Source: the human T2T-CHM13v2.0 reference genome, Homo sapiens
Reading direction: 5' to 3' (one strand)
DNA: 64,000 nt
NCBI RefSeq assembly: GCF_009914755.1
Contig: NC_060927.1
The notes beneath the pieces are model-generated. The model ran no database searches, was not told the origin of the DNA, and saw only the letters and a list, made by a program, of their open reading frames with translations. The translations under genes were made by a program, and so were the position numbers. Positions 1 through 12,948 of this stretch are shown here, in pieces. Each line of letters starts with the position of its first letter. Within the stretch, counting starts at the first letter, position 1.

Positions 1-92
1 GTGGTTGAAAAGTTCTGTTTTAAATAAATGAATGATAGCAAACTATGTGCAGCAACTCTTAAGGGAAATCCCTTTAAACAGCTCCTCTAAGA

Positions 93-315
93 CAGAGTTG
101 GCAAACTGTGACCTAGGGGCTAAATCGGGCTCACTGCCTGTTTTTGTAAATAAAATGGTGCTGGAACATGGCTATGCCCATTTGCTTATGTACTGCCATT
201 TTATCTATGGCTGCTTTTGCAGCAGAGATAAGCAGTTGCAAAAGAGACTGTCTATCCCACAAACCCTAAAATATTTTCTATCTGGCTGTTTACGGAAAAA
301 AGTTACCAACCCTGC
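93..315 (+). mobile_element. MER58A (hAT-Charlie MITE)
   Basis: cagagttggcaaact...gcctgtttttgtaaataaa...ctatggctgcttt...taaaatattt..tatctggc...aaaaagttaccaaccctg matches recalled MER58A consensus with terminal inverted repeats. Confidence 0.85.
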
Positions 316-1331
316 TGTAAAATACCCCTACTATTGCCCTGATCCTAAGATTTCAGAAAATGTATACAGTTATGACTTGTACATGAGAATGAAAATAATT
401 TTTCCCAACTGCCACACTATTTCTGTCTTGGAACAGTAAACATAGACATAGAATAACTTAGAAGTTGTTTTCTGGGTGTCCACATAGTCTTCTGGGAGAA
501 GCATTTCCTGGAAACAAATACTGAGCTTTGCTGGCAAGATATCATTAAAGAGAGTTGAGGGCTTGGCAGGAGCAGATGTGGGGAGGGGTAGGTTGGGGTG
601 GGGTAAGAAAAACTTGGCAATCAGATCTTACTCTTTCCTCTCTAGAAGTCTCTCCACTCAACATGTTCTGAACACAGCCTGGCATACCCTTTGAAGCAAG
701 TAGACTCTGTCATGTCTCAGTTTCACGCACTTGCTAAAATTTGCATCAAGAGATGGTAAGAGACAGTGAGGCAAATGGCTGTAAGGAGGAAAATAGCTAA
801 TGTCTCAAGAACTTGATTTGTTGTTGAATCATTCCTCTAACATTAGTAGATTGCTAATAAAATGAGAGGCATACAGAGGTTGCAATATATACGTGACCCT
901 GGAAATATCAGCTGGGGTTTCCCCACATGGTTATTGTTGGCAAATGCAGAAATATTTCAGATGCACGAAATATCAACTCAGTATATAAGTTCTTTTTTAC
1001 ATAATAACCCTCAATTTATTGTGTTTATGGTGAAGGAAATGAGTTCTTTATTACCATGTGTATGCACCCCTATGCACATACATACCACACTGTGCTTCTT
1101 ACCTACTGAGATATTCATAGTTTGGGTGGCATTCTAGGACCTACAGGAGAGGGAGAGGAATTTCTGTGACTGCCCACATAGGACATATTTTCCCTGCGGA
1201 TAGAACAGAGGAGAGTACTGCTTCTATAATTGGGACATCTACCTATCAGGCAAATCAAAATAGGGATCTTCCCAGATACCTGAAAAAAATCATGTGTGCA
1301 AGCAGCTAGAGAACTAAGGATCGTAAAATAA

Positions 1332-1739
<408 letters not shown>

Positions 1740-1869
1740 TGACAGGAGTAGCTCTCAAAACAGGACATGAAGACTTGGACCAGCAACAAGGCTGGGAAAT
1801 CAAACCTGAGAGTCCTGCAGTAGGCCAGGGATCCCAAAGGGAGCTTTTCCTAGGAAAAAAAAATACAAC

Positions 1870-2280
1870 TTAAATAAAACCATATCAAATAATAATAGAA
1901 AGCCTAAATATAGAAATTCAATCAGTAGTTTAAAATATTCTCCAGGAAAAAAAAATCTCAAAGACGAATTTTTTTAAAGGCTAACATATGTAATTATTTA
2001 ATTATATATGTTTAAAATCCTGTACAATAAAATACCAGTAACCAAGTCAAAAAAGATCTGTATAAAAAATTACAAAATATGTGAAGTCTTTAATAGTCAA
2101 ATTAATGTGCAGAATCTATAGAGAACACCTAAAATCAATTGAGTGAAAAAAGAAAGTTATGAACAAGAAATTTATATGAGATAAAATATAAATGGCCAAT
2201 TTTGTATAAAAAGATGTATATTTACCTTCTCTAATAGAAAAAACGTAAATTAATATTAAATATTATTTTGGGTCTATCTA
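1870..2280 (+). mobile_element. Old L1M fragment(s)
   Basis: A-rich degenerate L1 ORF2-like text (aaaatcctgtacaataaaata; atataaatggccaat...aaaagatg). Confidence 0.45.
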
Positions 2281-4023
2281 TACTAGTTTTCTTTTTTAAA
2301 AAATTTCAATAGCTTTAGGGGCACATGTGATTTTTGGTTATATGGATGAATTGTATGGTGGTGAAGTCTAGGATTTTAGTGCACCCATCACCCAAATAGT
2401 GTACATTGTACCCAAGAGATAGTTTTACATCCCTCACCCCCTCCATTCTCCCCCTTTCTGGGTCTCCAATGTCCATTTTACCACTCTGTATGCCTTTATA
2501 TACCCATAGCTTAGGTACTATTTACAAGTGAGAACATGCAGTATTTGGGTTTTGATTCCTGAGTTAATTCACTTAGAATAATGGCTTCCAGTTCCATCCA
2601 AATGGCTACAAAAGACATTGTTTCATTCTTTTTCATGACTAAGTAGTATTCCATGGTGTGTATGTGTATATATACCACATTTTCTTTATCCACTCATTGA
2701 TTGTTAGACACTTAGTTTGATTCCATATCTTTGCAATTGTGAGTTGTGTCGTGGTAAACATATGCATGCAGGTGTCTTTTTGATATAATGACTTATTTTC
2801 CTTTGGGTAGATACCCAGTAGGATTGCTGGATGAAATAGTAGATAGACTTTTAGTTCTTTGAGAAATGTCCATACTGCTTTCCTACTAATTTACATTCTC
2901 ACTAGCAGTGTATAAGCATTCCCTTTTCATCACATCCCACAAAAACATCTATTGTTTTTTGACTTTTTAATAATGGCCATTCTGGCTGGGTTAAAGTGGT
3001 TATCTCATTGTGGTTTTAATTTGCATTTCCCTGATTATTAGTGACACTGAGCATTTTTTCATATGTTTGTTGGCCATTTGTATATCTTCTTTTGAGAAAT
3101 GTCTACTCATGTCCTTTGTCCACTTTTTAATAGGATTATTTCTTGTTTTCTTGCTGATTTGAGTTCCGTGTAGATTTTGGATATTAGTCCTTTGTTGGAT
3201 ACATAGTTTGCAAATATTTCCTACTTATTCTTTGAGTTTTCTATTTCCTTTGATGATTATTTCTTTTGTTGCACAAAGCTTTTTAGTTTAATTAGGTCCC
3301 ATTTGTTTATTTTTGGCTTTGTTGCATTTGCTTTTGAGGTCTTAGTCATAAATTACTTGCCTCCCTCTTGTCCAGAAGAGATTTTCCTAGGTTTTCTTCT
3401 AGAGTTTTTATGTTGTCAAGTTTTAGATTTAAGTCCATCTTTAGTTAATTTTTGTATATGGTGAGAGATAGGGATCCAGTTTCATTCTTCTTCATGTGGC
3501 TATCCATTTTTCCTGGCACCATTTATTGAACAGCATGTCTTTTCCCTAGTTTATGTTTTTGTATGTTTTGTCAAAGATTAGCTTGATGTAAGTATTTGGC
3601 TTTATTTCTGGGTTGCCTATTCTGTTCATGTATTCTATGTATCTACTTTTATACCAGTACCATGCTGTTTTTATTACTATAGTCTTGTAGTATAATTTGA
3701 AGTCATGTGATGCCGTAGATTTATTCATTTTGCTTAGAATTGTTTTGGCTATTCAAGCTCTTTTTTAGTTCCATATTAAATTTAGAATTAATTTTTCTAA
3801 TTCTGTGAAAAATGTGAGTATTTTGATAAAAATTGCATTGAATCTGTAGATTGCTTTGGTCAGTATGGTTATCATGATATCAATTCTTTCAGTCAGTGAG
3901 CATAGGATGTATTTCCATTTGTTTGTGTCATCTGTAATTTCTTTCAGCAATGTTTTATAGTTCTCCTTGTAGAGATCTTTCAACTCCTTGGTTGAGCATA
4001 TTACTATGGTTTTATTGTTTGTT

Positions 4024-4028
<5 letters not shown>

Positions 4029-4058
<30 letters not shown>
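4029..4058. repeat. (GT)n microsatellite
   Basis: direct reading. Confidence 0.95.
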
Positions 4059-4062
<4 letters not shown>

Positions 4063-5211
4063 AGCTACTGTAAAAGGGATTGAGGTCTTGATTTGATTCT
4101 CGGCTTGGTCATTGTTGGTGTATCACAGATCCACTGATTTGTGTACATTGTTTTTGAAACCTGAAACTTTATTGGATTTATTTATCAGATCTAGAAATCA
4201 CTTGAAGGAGTCTTTAGGGTTTTCCAGGTATAAGATTATATTATCACCAAAGTGATACTTTGACTTCCTCTTTTCCAGCTTGGATGCCGTTTATTTCTTT
4301 CTTTTGTCCGATGCTCTGGCTAGAACTTCCAGTACTATGTTGAGTAAAAGTGGTGAAAGTGGACATTTTTGTTTTGTTCCAGTTTTACAGGGGAATGTTT
4401 TCAACTTTTCCCTATTCAATATGATCTTTGCTGTGGGTTTGTCATACATGACTTTTATTATTTTGAGGAATGTTTCTTCTATGCCTACTTTGTTCAGGGT
4501 TTTATCATACGGGGATGCTGGATTTTATTGAATGCTCTTTCTGTGTCTCTTGAGGTGATCCTATGCCTTTTGTTTTAAATTCTGTTTACAAGATGAATCA
4601 CATTTATTGACTTGCATTCAACCATCTATGCATCCCTGGGATGCAACCTACTTGATCATGGTAAAATTTTTTTGGTTGAGCATTTGGATTCAGTTTGCTA
4701 GTATCCTGTCAAAGATTTTTCATCTATATTCATCGGGGGTATTGGTTTGTAGTTTTCTTTTTGTGTTATGTTATTTCCTGGCTTTGGTATCAGGGTGATA
4801 CTGGTTTTGTAGAATGAGTAAAGGAGGATTACCTCCTTCTTTACCTCCTTCTTTTGGAATAGTTACTGTAAACTTGGTACAAATTCTTTGTCTGGTAGAA
4901 TTTGGCTGTGAATTTAGCTGGCCCTGGCTTTTTTGTTGTTGTTGTTGTTGGCAGTTTTTAAATTACTGATTTAGTCTCACTGCCTGTCATTATTCTGTTC
5001 AGGATTTCTATTTCTTCCTGAATCAAGCTAGGAGGTTGTATGTTTCTAGGATTTAGCCATTTCCTCTAGGTTTTCTAGCATGTGTGCAAAAAGGTGTTCA
5101 TAGTAGTCTCAAATAATCTTGTATATTTCTGTGGCATGAGTTGTAATGTTTCCATTTTTATTTTTAATTGAGTTTATTTAAATTTCTCTTTTTTTCTCTT
5201 TAGCATTGTGG

Positions 5212-5301
5212 GTTTTTTTATTTTTATTTTTATTATACTTTAAGTTTTAGGGTACATGTGCACAATGTGCAGGTTTGTTACATATGTATACGTGTGCCAT
5301 G
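5212..5301 (-). mobile_element. Very short L1PA 3'-end insertion nested in L1PB
   Basis: T-tail + tattatactttaagttttagggtacatgtgcacaatgtgcaggtttgttacatatgtatac..gtgccatg; L1PB resumes after it. Confidence 0.88.
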
Positions 5302-5371
5302 GTTAATCTAGCTTGTGGTCTATCAACTTTATCTTTTCAAAGAATGAGCTCCTTGCTTCATTGGTATTTTG

Positions 5372-5623
5372 TATTATTATTATTATTATTATTATTGATA
5401 GGGTCTTGCTCTGTTGCCCAGGCTGAACTGCAGTGGCTTAATCATAGTTTTCTGCAGCCTTAACCTCCTGGGCTTAAGCCATTCTCCCACCTCAGCCTCC
5501 CAAGTAGCTGGGACTATAGATACACACCATCATGCCAGGCTAATTTTTGTATTTTTTTGTAGAGATGAGGTTTCACCATGTTGCTCAGGCTGGTTTTGAA
5601 CTCCTGAGCTCAAGCAATCCTCT
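5372..5623 (-). mobile_element. AluJ, 5'-truncated
   Basis: (ATT)n tail; agggtcttgctctgttgcccaggctg...ctcctgagctcaagcaatcc. Confidence 0.9.
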
Positions 5624-5624
5624 G

Positions 5625-7730
5625 GCTGTCAGTGAAATGCACTGAGGACTTCTCAGGGAGAAGGGAGGGAGCCACCACAGCTCTCCTTTTAGGCCAGCAG
5701 GAAAGCAATCTGCCTCCCAGTTACACCCCTTACCCAGTCTTCCAGCTATTCAGATCAGACAGGCACCTCTTTTCATCTGCATGGATTCTGATGTTCCATG
5801 TACAGAGGGATTGTGACTCTACCTCTCATGCAAGCCTGAACTTGGAGGGCATGTCTATGGGGATGCAGTCACCCTGAAGTGTTCCACAAATGCTGCCTAC
5901 AGAGGCACCCACACCAAGCTCCTATGGGAGAGGCTGCAGCTGTGTCCAAAGTGGTTGACAAGAGAGAAAAGAAGTCACCTTCTCTAAGACCCTTCACAAG
6001 CACCAGGGGTTCCTGACTGTTGAGGTAGAGCTGCAGACTTTCCTCATTTAGCCTAGCACTGCACCTGTGCCTTTGCTGAAAGAAACTTCTCACAAGTCGA
6101 AATTTCAGGGACTCAATGCCTGCATTCTGGTTTCTTTTGTCCCATGGGGTGGTCCTTTAATGTGGTGCACCTCCTCTTCTTCTAGGAATAGCAGTCTCTG
6201 AGAACCAGACTACTGTGAATCCTGCTGCTCCTCTGGGTCTAGGCACCCAGTGGGTCTACTATACTTCAAGCTGGTGCCGAGGAATGTCTGCAAGGGATCC
6301 AGTGATGTGACCTGTCCTCTTGTTTCCCAGCAGCAGGTACCAGCACCAGCTCTGATGGAAATGGGAGGAGAGTAATGTAGACTGAGATTTCCTTCGTTAT
6401 AAATAGCCTTAGTGTGTTGGCTTTCTCAAATGCCAGCTGTGGTGGTAATGTACTGGGTACATGGACAGACCCAAGATTTCCTAGTTCCTATGTCTCAGGG
6501 TGATACAGGCAATGGTAATAGCTGAAGTTATGCAAAAGTTTTCTCCTTTCTGAGTGCTGTTTTTGTGCCTGCAGGTGTTGTAATGGGCTGTGCTGATTGG
6601 CCTCCAGCCAGGAGGTGGCACTCGCAAAAGGGCACAATCTGTGGTGGTAGCAGTGGAATTTGTGCTTGCCTTATATTACCCAGGGGAAGGTGCTCTGGTA
6701 TCTCAGGCAATGGACAGAGCCATGGAGCTTCAAAATGTCCCTATCCATTGTGTTAAGATACCAGGGCAGGTGGAGGGGCAAAGCCAGGTGGGGGCTGGGT
6801 CATGCAAGCCTGCATTCTGGTTCCCCACATGTAGGTTCAAGCAGCAGCCTCAATGGGGATCAGAGGGCAGTTCCCTGGCCTCTGGGGTAATGTTTCAGGG
6901 AGAAGCACAATTGCCTCTGCTGCACAAGAGAATCCACACAGGGAGCAACCAGTAGTAAGCACCCCATTCAGCTCCCATAAACTTGGTAAGGCAGGTCTCA
7001 CACCCACACTGTTCTGCTAGCAGCAGCCAGCTGCATTCTAGGCAGCCTGCCCTCAGAACTCAAAACTGCCCCAGGCCATAAGCCTTCCTGAGACAAAAAA
7101 ACCTAGCCTTCAGGTCACAACCTTCCTGGTGGTCCACTCATGAAGCAGGGTATCCACCTCTTGTGCTCATGGTTATAGCACACTTCTTGTGGTTCTAGCC
7201 AACAGGGTTTGTCCCCACTCGAGATTATATTGCAGACTTTCGTTGGGAGCTTCTTTCTACCTGTGACCACCACCTGAGTTAACTGACAGACTTCCATGAG
7301 GTCCCGTGTGAGGTAGGATCAGGGATGGCTTTCCTTCATGCCTGCTGGAGCCTGGGAGTGCATGCAAAGCATGCCCCAATGCCACTCCTTCTCATATACT
7401 CCCCACTGCTCACTAAATTTGCTCCAGCACTGGGTAGGATTAAGCGCTTCCTGTGTGGCCTGGATTGCCCAGCTCCCCTGTAGGAGAGCGTGTCATAGCA
7501 GCGGTCTCTTCTCCTTTCATGGTGTGCAAACTCACTGTTTTCCATCTGGTTCACAGTATAGGCTGCTGCCTTCCACTTCTTTCAAAGGGTTGGCGGTTTC
7601 TTTCAGTTTTTCTGTTAAGTTCTTGTGTTGCTTATTGGAAAAAAGTTCACAGTGTGACTCTCTATACACTATTTTGTCTTTCCAAGTAGGAGAGGTATGC
7701 TAACATTGCCTCCAACATGCCATCTTGGAA
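5625..7730 (-). mobile_element. L1PB-type 5' region (5' UTR / ORF1 start)
   Basis: from ~6105 visibly homologous to the 5' part of the L1 at ~40670-42135 (gggactcaa...ccatggggt; cctccag.caggaggtggcac); ends gccatcttgg. Confidence 0.78.
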
Positions 7731-7769
7731 AAAGAATTAAAGATGAATTATATGAAATATCCAAAGAAC

Positions 7770-8880
7770 CTATCATCCCAAACTCTTCTAGAGAAGAGAA
7801 AGGAGGAACATTTCCCAGTGCCTTCTATGAGACAGACATAACATTGATGCCCAAACCAGAGAAAAAGAGTTGAAAAAAGAAAACCATAGGCAAATTTCAC
7901 TCTAAAACACAGATACAAAAATCCTAAAAATAATATTAGCAAGCCAAACCCAGCAGTTAAAAACCATATGTAACATTATAATGGAATTGAGTTTATCCCA
8001 GGAATTCAAGGGGGGTTTAATAGTCTATAAATATCTTTTATAATATTAACAAATTAATACAGAAAAACCATATGATCTCAACTTCACAGAAAAAAAATAC
8101 TTGAAAATATTCAATACCAATTCAAAATGTGAGATTTTGTTTGTTTTTAAGCATTTCTTACAATGGAACAGAGCCCTGAGGCAGACAGACTGAAACAAAA
8201 TTTGAAATGTTACAACGTTAGGGGAAGGAAGGAGCTATCCAATAAATGGCGCTGAGAAAACGGATTCTCTCTATGAAAAATAAAATGACACTGGACCTCT
8301 TACCTCATACTGTATTAGTCTGTTCTCATGCTGCTAATAATGACATACCTGAGACTGGGTAATTTATAAAGGAAAGAGGTTTAATGAACTCACAGTTCCA
8401 CATGGCTGGGGAGGCCTCACAACCATGGCAGAAGGCAAAGAAAGAAAAAAGGCATGTCTTACATGGCAGCAGGCAAGAGGACTTGTGCAGGGAACTCCCC
8501 TTTATAAAACCATCAGATCTCAAGAGACTTGTTCATTATCACGAGAACAGCATGGGAAAAAAATCCACCCCCATGTTTCAGTTACCTCCTACTGCTTCAG
8601 TTCCCTCCCATGACACCTAGGGATTATTACAATTCAGTGTGAGATTTGGGTAAGGACACAGAGCCAAACCGCAGCATATACCATACATAAATGTCAATCC
8701 CAGATGGATTAAGGACAAAATGGCAAAACTTTAAGACTTTTGAAAGAAAACATGGAAGACTATCTTTATAACCTCAGTATAGAAGAGGTTCTATGTAATA
8801 ATAATGCTGAATATTATCATACAATGTAACCTAGAAATTCCACATCCCCCCACAAAGGCATACATAAGAATGTTCATGGT
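7770..8880 (+). mobile_element. Old L1M ORF2 fragments, interrupted by THE1 LTR
   Basis: caaactcttc...cttctatgag...cagatacaaaaatcctaaa; cagatggattaagga. Confidence 0.65.
8311..8676 (-). mobile_element. THE1 (MaLR) solo LTR
   Basis: tgtattagtctgttctcatgctgctaat...gaggcctcacaaccatggcagaaggc...cagagccaaacc; 5-bp TSD catac/tatac. Confidence 0.92.
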
Positions 8881-8894
8881 AGTTAAACTCATAA

Positions 8895-10113
8895 TTTATT
8901 TATTATTTTAACTTTTATTTTAAGTTCAAGGGTACATGTGCAGGTTTGTTATATAGGTAAAGTTGTATCATGGGTTTGTTGTACAGACTATTTCATCACC
9001 CAGGTAACTAATAGGTATTAGTAATGAATAGGTAACTAAAATAATTAATGGATATTAGTAACTAATAAGTAACTAAAATAACTAATGGGTACTAGTTACT
9101 TTTCCTGATCCTCTCCCTCTTCCCACCCTCCACACTCCAGTAGGCCCCAGTTTCTGTTGTTCCCCAGTATGTGTCCATGTGTTCTCATCATTTAACTCCC
9201 ACTTATAAGTGAGAACATGTGGTATTTGATTTTCTGTTCCTGCATTAGTTTGCTAAGCATAATGGCCTCCAGTTCCATCCATGTCCCTGCAAAGGACATG
9301 AGATCTCATTATTTTTTATGGCTGCATAGTATTCCATGGTGTATATGTACCACATTTTCTTTATCCAGTCTATCACTGATGGCCATTTAGGTTGAGTCCA
9401 TGTCTTTGCTATTGTAAATAGTGCTGCAATGAGCATACACATGCAATGTCTTTATAATATAACTATTTATATGCCTTTGGGCATGTACCCGGTAATGGGA
9501 TTGCTGGGTCAAATTGTATTTCTGTTTTTAGTCTTTGAGGAATCACCACACTGTCTTCCACAATGGTTGAACTAATTTACACTTCCACCAGCAGCATATC
9601 AGCATTTTTTGCTCCACAACCTCACCAGCATCTGTTATTTTTTGACTTTTTAATAATAGCCATTCTGACTGATGTGAGATGGTATCTCATTGTGGTTTTG
9701 ATTTGCATTTCTCTAATTGTCAATAATATTAAGCTTTCTTCATATGATTGTTGGTCACATGTATGCCTTCTTTTAAAAAGTGCCTGTTCATGTCCTTTGC
9801 CCACTTTTTAATGGGATTGTTTGTTTTTTGTTTTCTTATAAATTTGTTTAAGTTCCTTATAGATGCTGGATATTAGATCTTTGTTGAATGCATAGTTTGC
9901 AAAATGTTTTTCCCATTCTGTAGGTTGTCTGTTTATTCTGTCTATATTTATTTTGCTGTGCAGAAGCTCTTTAGTTCAATTAGATCCCATTTGTCAATTT
10001 TTGCTTCTGTTGCAATTGCTTTTGGCATCTTCATCATAAAATATGTGCCTGTGCCTATGTCCTGAATGATATTGCCTATGTTGTCTTCCAGGGTTTGTAC
10101 AGTTTGGGGTTTT
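8895..10113 (-). mobile_element. L1PA (older primate) 3' portion
   Basis: tttaagttcaagggtacatgtgcaggtttgttatataggtaaa; ORF2 C-terminal peptides on minus strand. Confidence 0.92.
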
Positions 10114-10119
10114 CTTGTG

Positions 10120-10931
10120 TTTTTTTTTTTTTTTTTTTAATTTTTATTTTACTTTAAGTTCTGCAATACAAGTTCAGAATGTGTAGGTTTGTTACGTAGG
10201 TATATGTGTGCCATGGTGGTTTGCTGTACCTATCAACCCATCATCTAGGTTTTAAGCCCTACACGCATTAGCTATTTGTCCTAATGCTCTCCCTCCCCTC
10301 GCCCCCACCCCCCAACTGGCCCTGGTGTGTGTTGTTCCCCTCCCTGTGTCCATGTGTTCTCATTGTTCAACTCCCACTTATGAATGAGAACATGTGGTGT
10401 TTTGTTTTCTGTTCCCGTGTTAGTTTGCTGAGGATGATGGCTTCCAGCTCCATCCATGTCCCTGCAAAGGACATGATCTCATTCCTTTTCATAGCTGCAT
10501 AGTATTCCATGGTGTATATGTACCACATTTTCTTTATGCAGTCTATCATTGATGGGCATTTGTGTTGGTCCCATGTATTTGCTATTGTAAATAGTGCTGC
10601 AATAAACACATGTGTGCATGTATCTTTATAGTAGAACGATTTATATTCCTCTAGGTATATACCCAGTAATGGGATTGCTGGGTCAAATGGTATTTCTGGT
10701 TCTAGATCCCTGAGGAATTGCCACACTGTCTTCCACAATGGTTGAACTGATTTACATTCCCACTAACAGTGTAAAAGTGTTCCTATTTCTCCACAGCCTT
10801 GCCAGCATCTGTTTCTTGACTTTTTAATAATCACCATTCTGACCGGCATGAGATGGTATCTCATTGTGGTTTTGATTTACATTTATCTAATGATATTGAG
10901 CTTTTTTTCATATGTTTTTTGGCCACATAAA
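10120..10931 (-). mobile_element. Second L1PA 3' end
   Basis: poly-T then L1PA 3' UTR; ORF 10367-10738 WKTVWQFLRDLEPEIPFDPAIPLLGIY. Confidence 0.92.
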
Positions 10932-11118
10932 TATCAACAACCATCTGGTCTTTGACCAACCTGGTGAAAACAAGCAATGGGGAAAGGATTCCTTATTTAA
11001 TAAATGGTACTGGGAAAACTGGCTAGCCATATGCAGAAAACTGAAACTGGACCCCTTCCTTACACCTTGTACAAAATTTAACTCAAGATGGATTAAAGAC
11101 TTAACTGTAGTTAAGACC
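10932..11118 (+). mobile_element. Inverted L1 ORF2 fragment
   Basis: encodes [48 protein letters not shown] on + strand. Confidence 0.9.
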
Positions 11119-11119
11119 T

Positions 11120-11480
11120 TGGTTGTTGTCAAAGTCTGGGAAGGGAAGGGAAGGGAAGGGAGGGGGATGAAGAGAGATTGAATAATGGACACAAATACAT
11201 TTAGATAGAGGAAATAAGACCTAGTGTTCATTAAATCTGTAGGGTGACTACAGTTAACAACAATCTATTGTATATTTCAAAATAGCTAGAAGAAAATAAT
11301 GTGAATGTCCCCAGCATAAAGAAAAGATAACTATTTAAGGTGGTAGATATCCCAATTACTCTGATTTTATCATTACACCTTATATGAAATATGAATGTAT
11401 GAAAATATCACATGTACTTGCAAAATATGTACATCTATTATATATGCATAAATAATTCAAAAATAACTTTTAAAAAAGAA
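11120..11480 (+). mobile_element. L1MA 3' end
   Basis: tagatagaggaaataagacctagtgttc...agggtgactacagttaacaacaatctattgtatatttcaaaatagctagaaga. Confidence 0.85.
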
Positions 11481-11651
11481 GAATGGGATTCATAAACATA
11501 AACTTCAAGATATTGATTACCACTTATTGCAGATGAGGGGGTGAACAGAGACAAAACACACATGCATATGCAACAGTATTGCTAATATCCTAGTTTTAAA
11601 TTTGACAGCAGATTCATGAATGTTCATAATTCCTTTGCTTCAGAATTTATA

Positions 11652-12948
11652 TGAGGGGTCTTCAAAATGAGGAAAATGCATATTATGAAAAAGGTATGCA
11701 TGGATTTCAAATTTTTTTACACCAAAGCAAACTCATATTAACTTGTTATAACATGTCTGAACAGGATCTAGTTTGAGGCAATAAGAAGGATAAGTCAAGA
11801 ATTTGAAAAGAGAAACATGAATTCTGCTTGTTCTTGAAGCAAGAACAAATATCAAATTTATAGTGAAATGTGGTGAAAGGATAGTAAAATCACTGAACCT
11901 TTATGAAAAGTTTATGAGGACAATGCACCAAAGGAATCAGCAGCTTACAAATAGGCAATTCATTTTTAAAAGGGACAAGATAATGTTAAAGATGAAGCTT
12001 ACACTAGAAGACCATCCACATCCATTTTTAAGGACAAAAGTTAATCTTGTTTGTGCCCTAATTGAAGAGGATTGACAATTAACATCAGAAACTATAGTTA
12101 ATAATGTAAACATATCCATTGGTTCAGCTTACACAATTCCAACTAAAAAATTTAAGTTGAGCCAACTTTACACTTGATGGGTACCAAAAGCTCATCTGTG
12201 CACCCAGATGAGCTACAGACAAGAGCAGAGCTTTCCACAGAAATTTTGAGTAAGATCAAGATCCTGAATCGTTTCTTTGAAGTATTGTAATAGGAGATGA
12301 AACATGGCTTTACTAGTATGATCCTGAAGACAATACACAATCAAAGCAATGGCTACCAAGATGTGGACATGGTCCAGTCAAAGCAAAAGTAGACTGGTCA
12401 AGAACAAAGTCATGGCAAAATCATTTTGGGATGATCAAGGCATACTGCTTGTTGACTTTCTGAAGGACAAGAAGAATTGTAATAGGAGATGAAACATTTC
12501 TTTTATTATGAGAGCATTTTGAGAAAGTTAGCTAAAGCTTTAGCAGAAAAATTCCCAGAAAAGTTTTACCAAAGAGTACTTCTCTACCATGCCAATGCTC
12601 CTGCTCATTCTTCTCATCCAATAAGGACAATTTTTTGAAAGTTTTGATGGGAAATTATTAGGCATCCACTTTATAGTTCTGATTTGGTTCCTTCTGACTT
12701 CTTTTTGTTTCCTAATCTTAAAAAATCTTTAAAAGGCACCCATTTTTCTTCCATTAATAATGTAAAAAAAGACTGCATTGTCTTGGTTTAATTCCCAGGA
12801 ACTTAAACTCTTTAGGGATGGATTAAGTGGCTAGTATGATTGTTTACAATATTGTCTTGACCTTGATGGAGCTTATGTGAGAAATAAAGTTTATATTTTT
12901 TATTTTTACCTTTTCACTTTCCACAAACTTTTTCAATATCTCCTCCTG
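11652..12948 (+). mobile_element. HSMAR2 mariner DNA transposon, near full length, transposase disrupted
   Basis: TA + tgaggggtcttcaaaa TIR; ATG at 11817; degenerate mariner motifs (IV.GDETW, HANAPAH, HP.YS.DL.PSDFFLF); right end aaactttttcaa..cctc + TA. Confidence 0.92.

Larger units (their letters stand above)
2288..5370 (-). mobile_element. L1PB-type LINE-1, 3' UTR and ORF2 (degraded)
   Basis: L1PB-like 3' end; minus-strand ORFs give L1 ORF2 peptides ([32 protein letters not shown]). Confidence 0.93.

Noticed and set aside
32-439. 135-aa ORF on + strand
   Set aside because: Runs through a MER58A MITE; no recognisable protein features.
6607-6620. CTCF-like CCAGGAGGTGGCAC
   Set aside because: Imperfect match and part of the L1PB 5' region (similar sequence near 41010); no locus-specific support.
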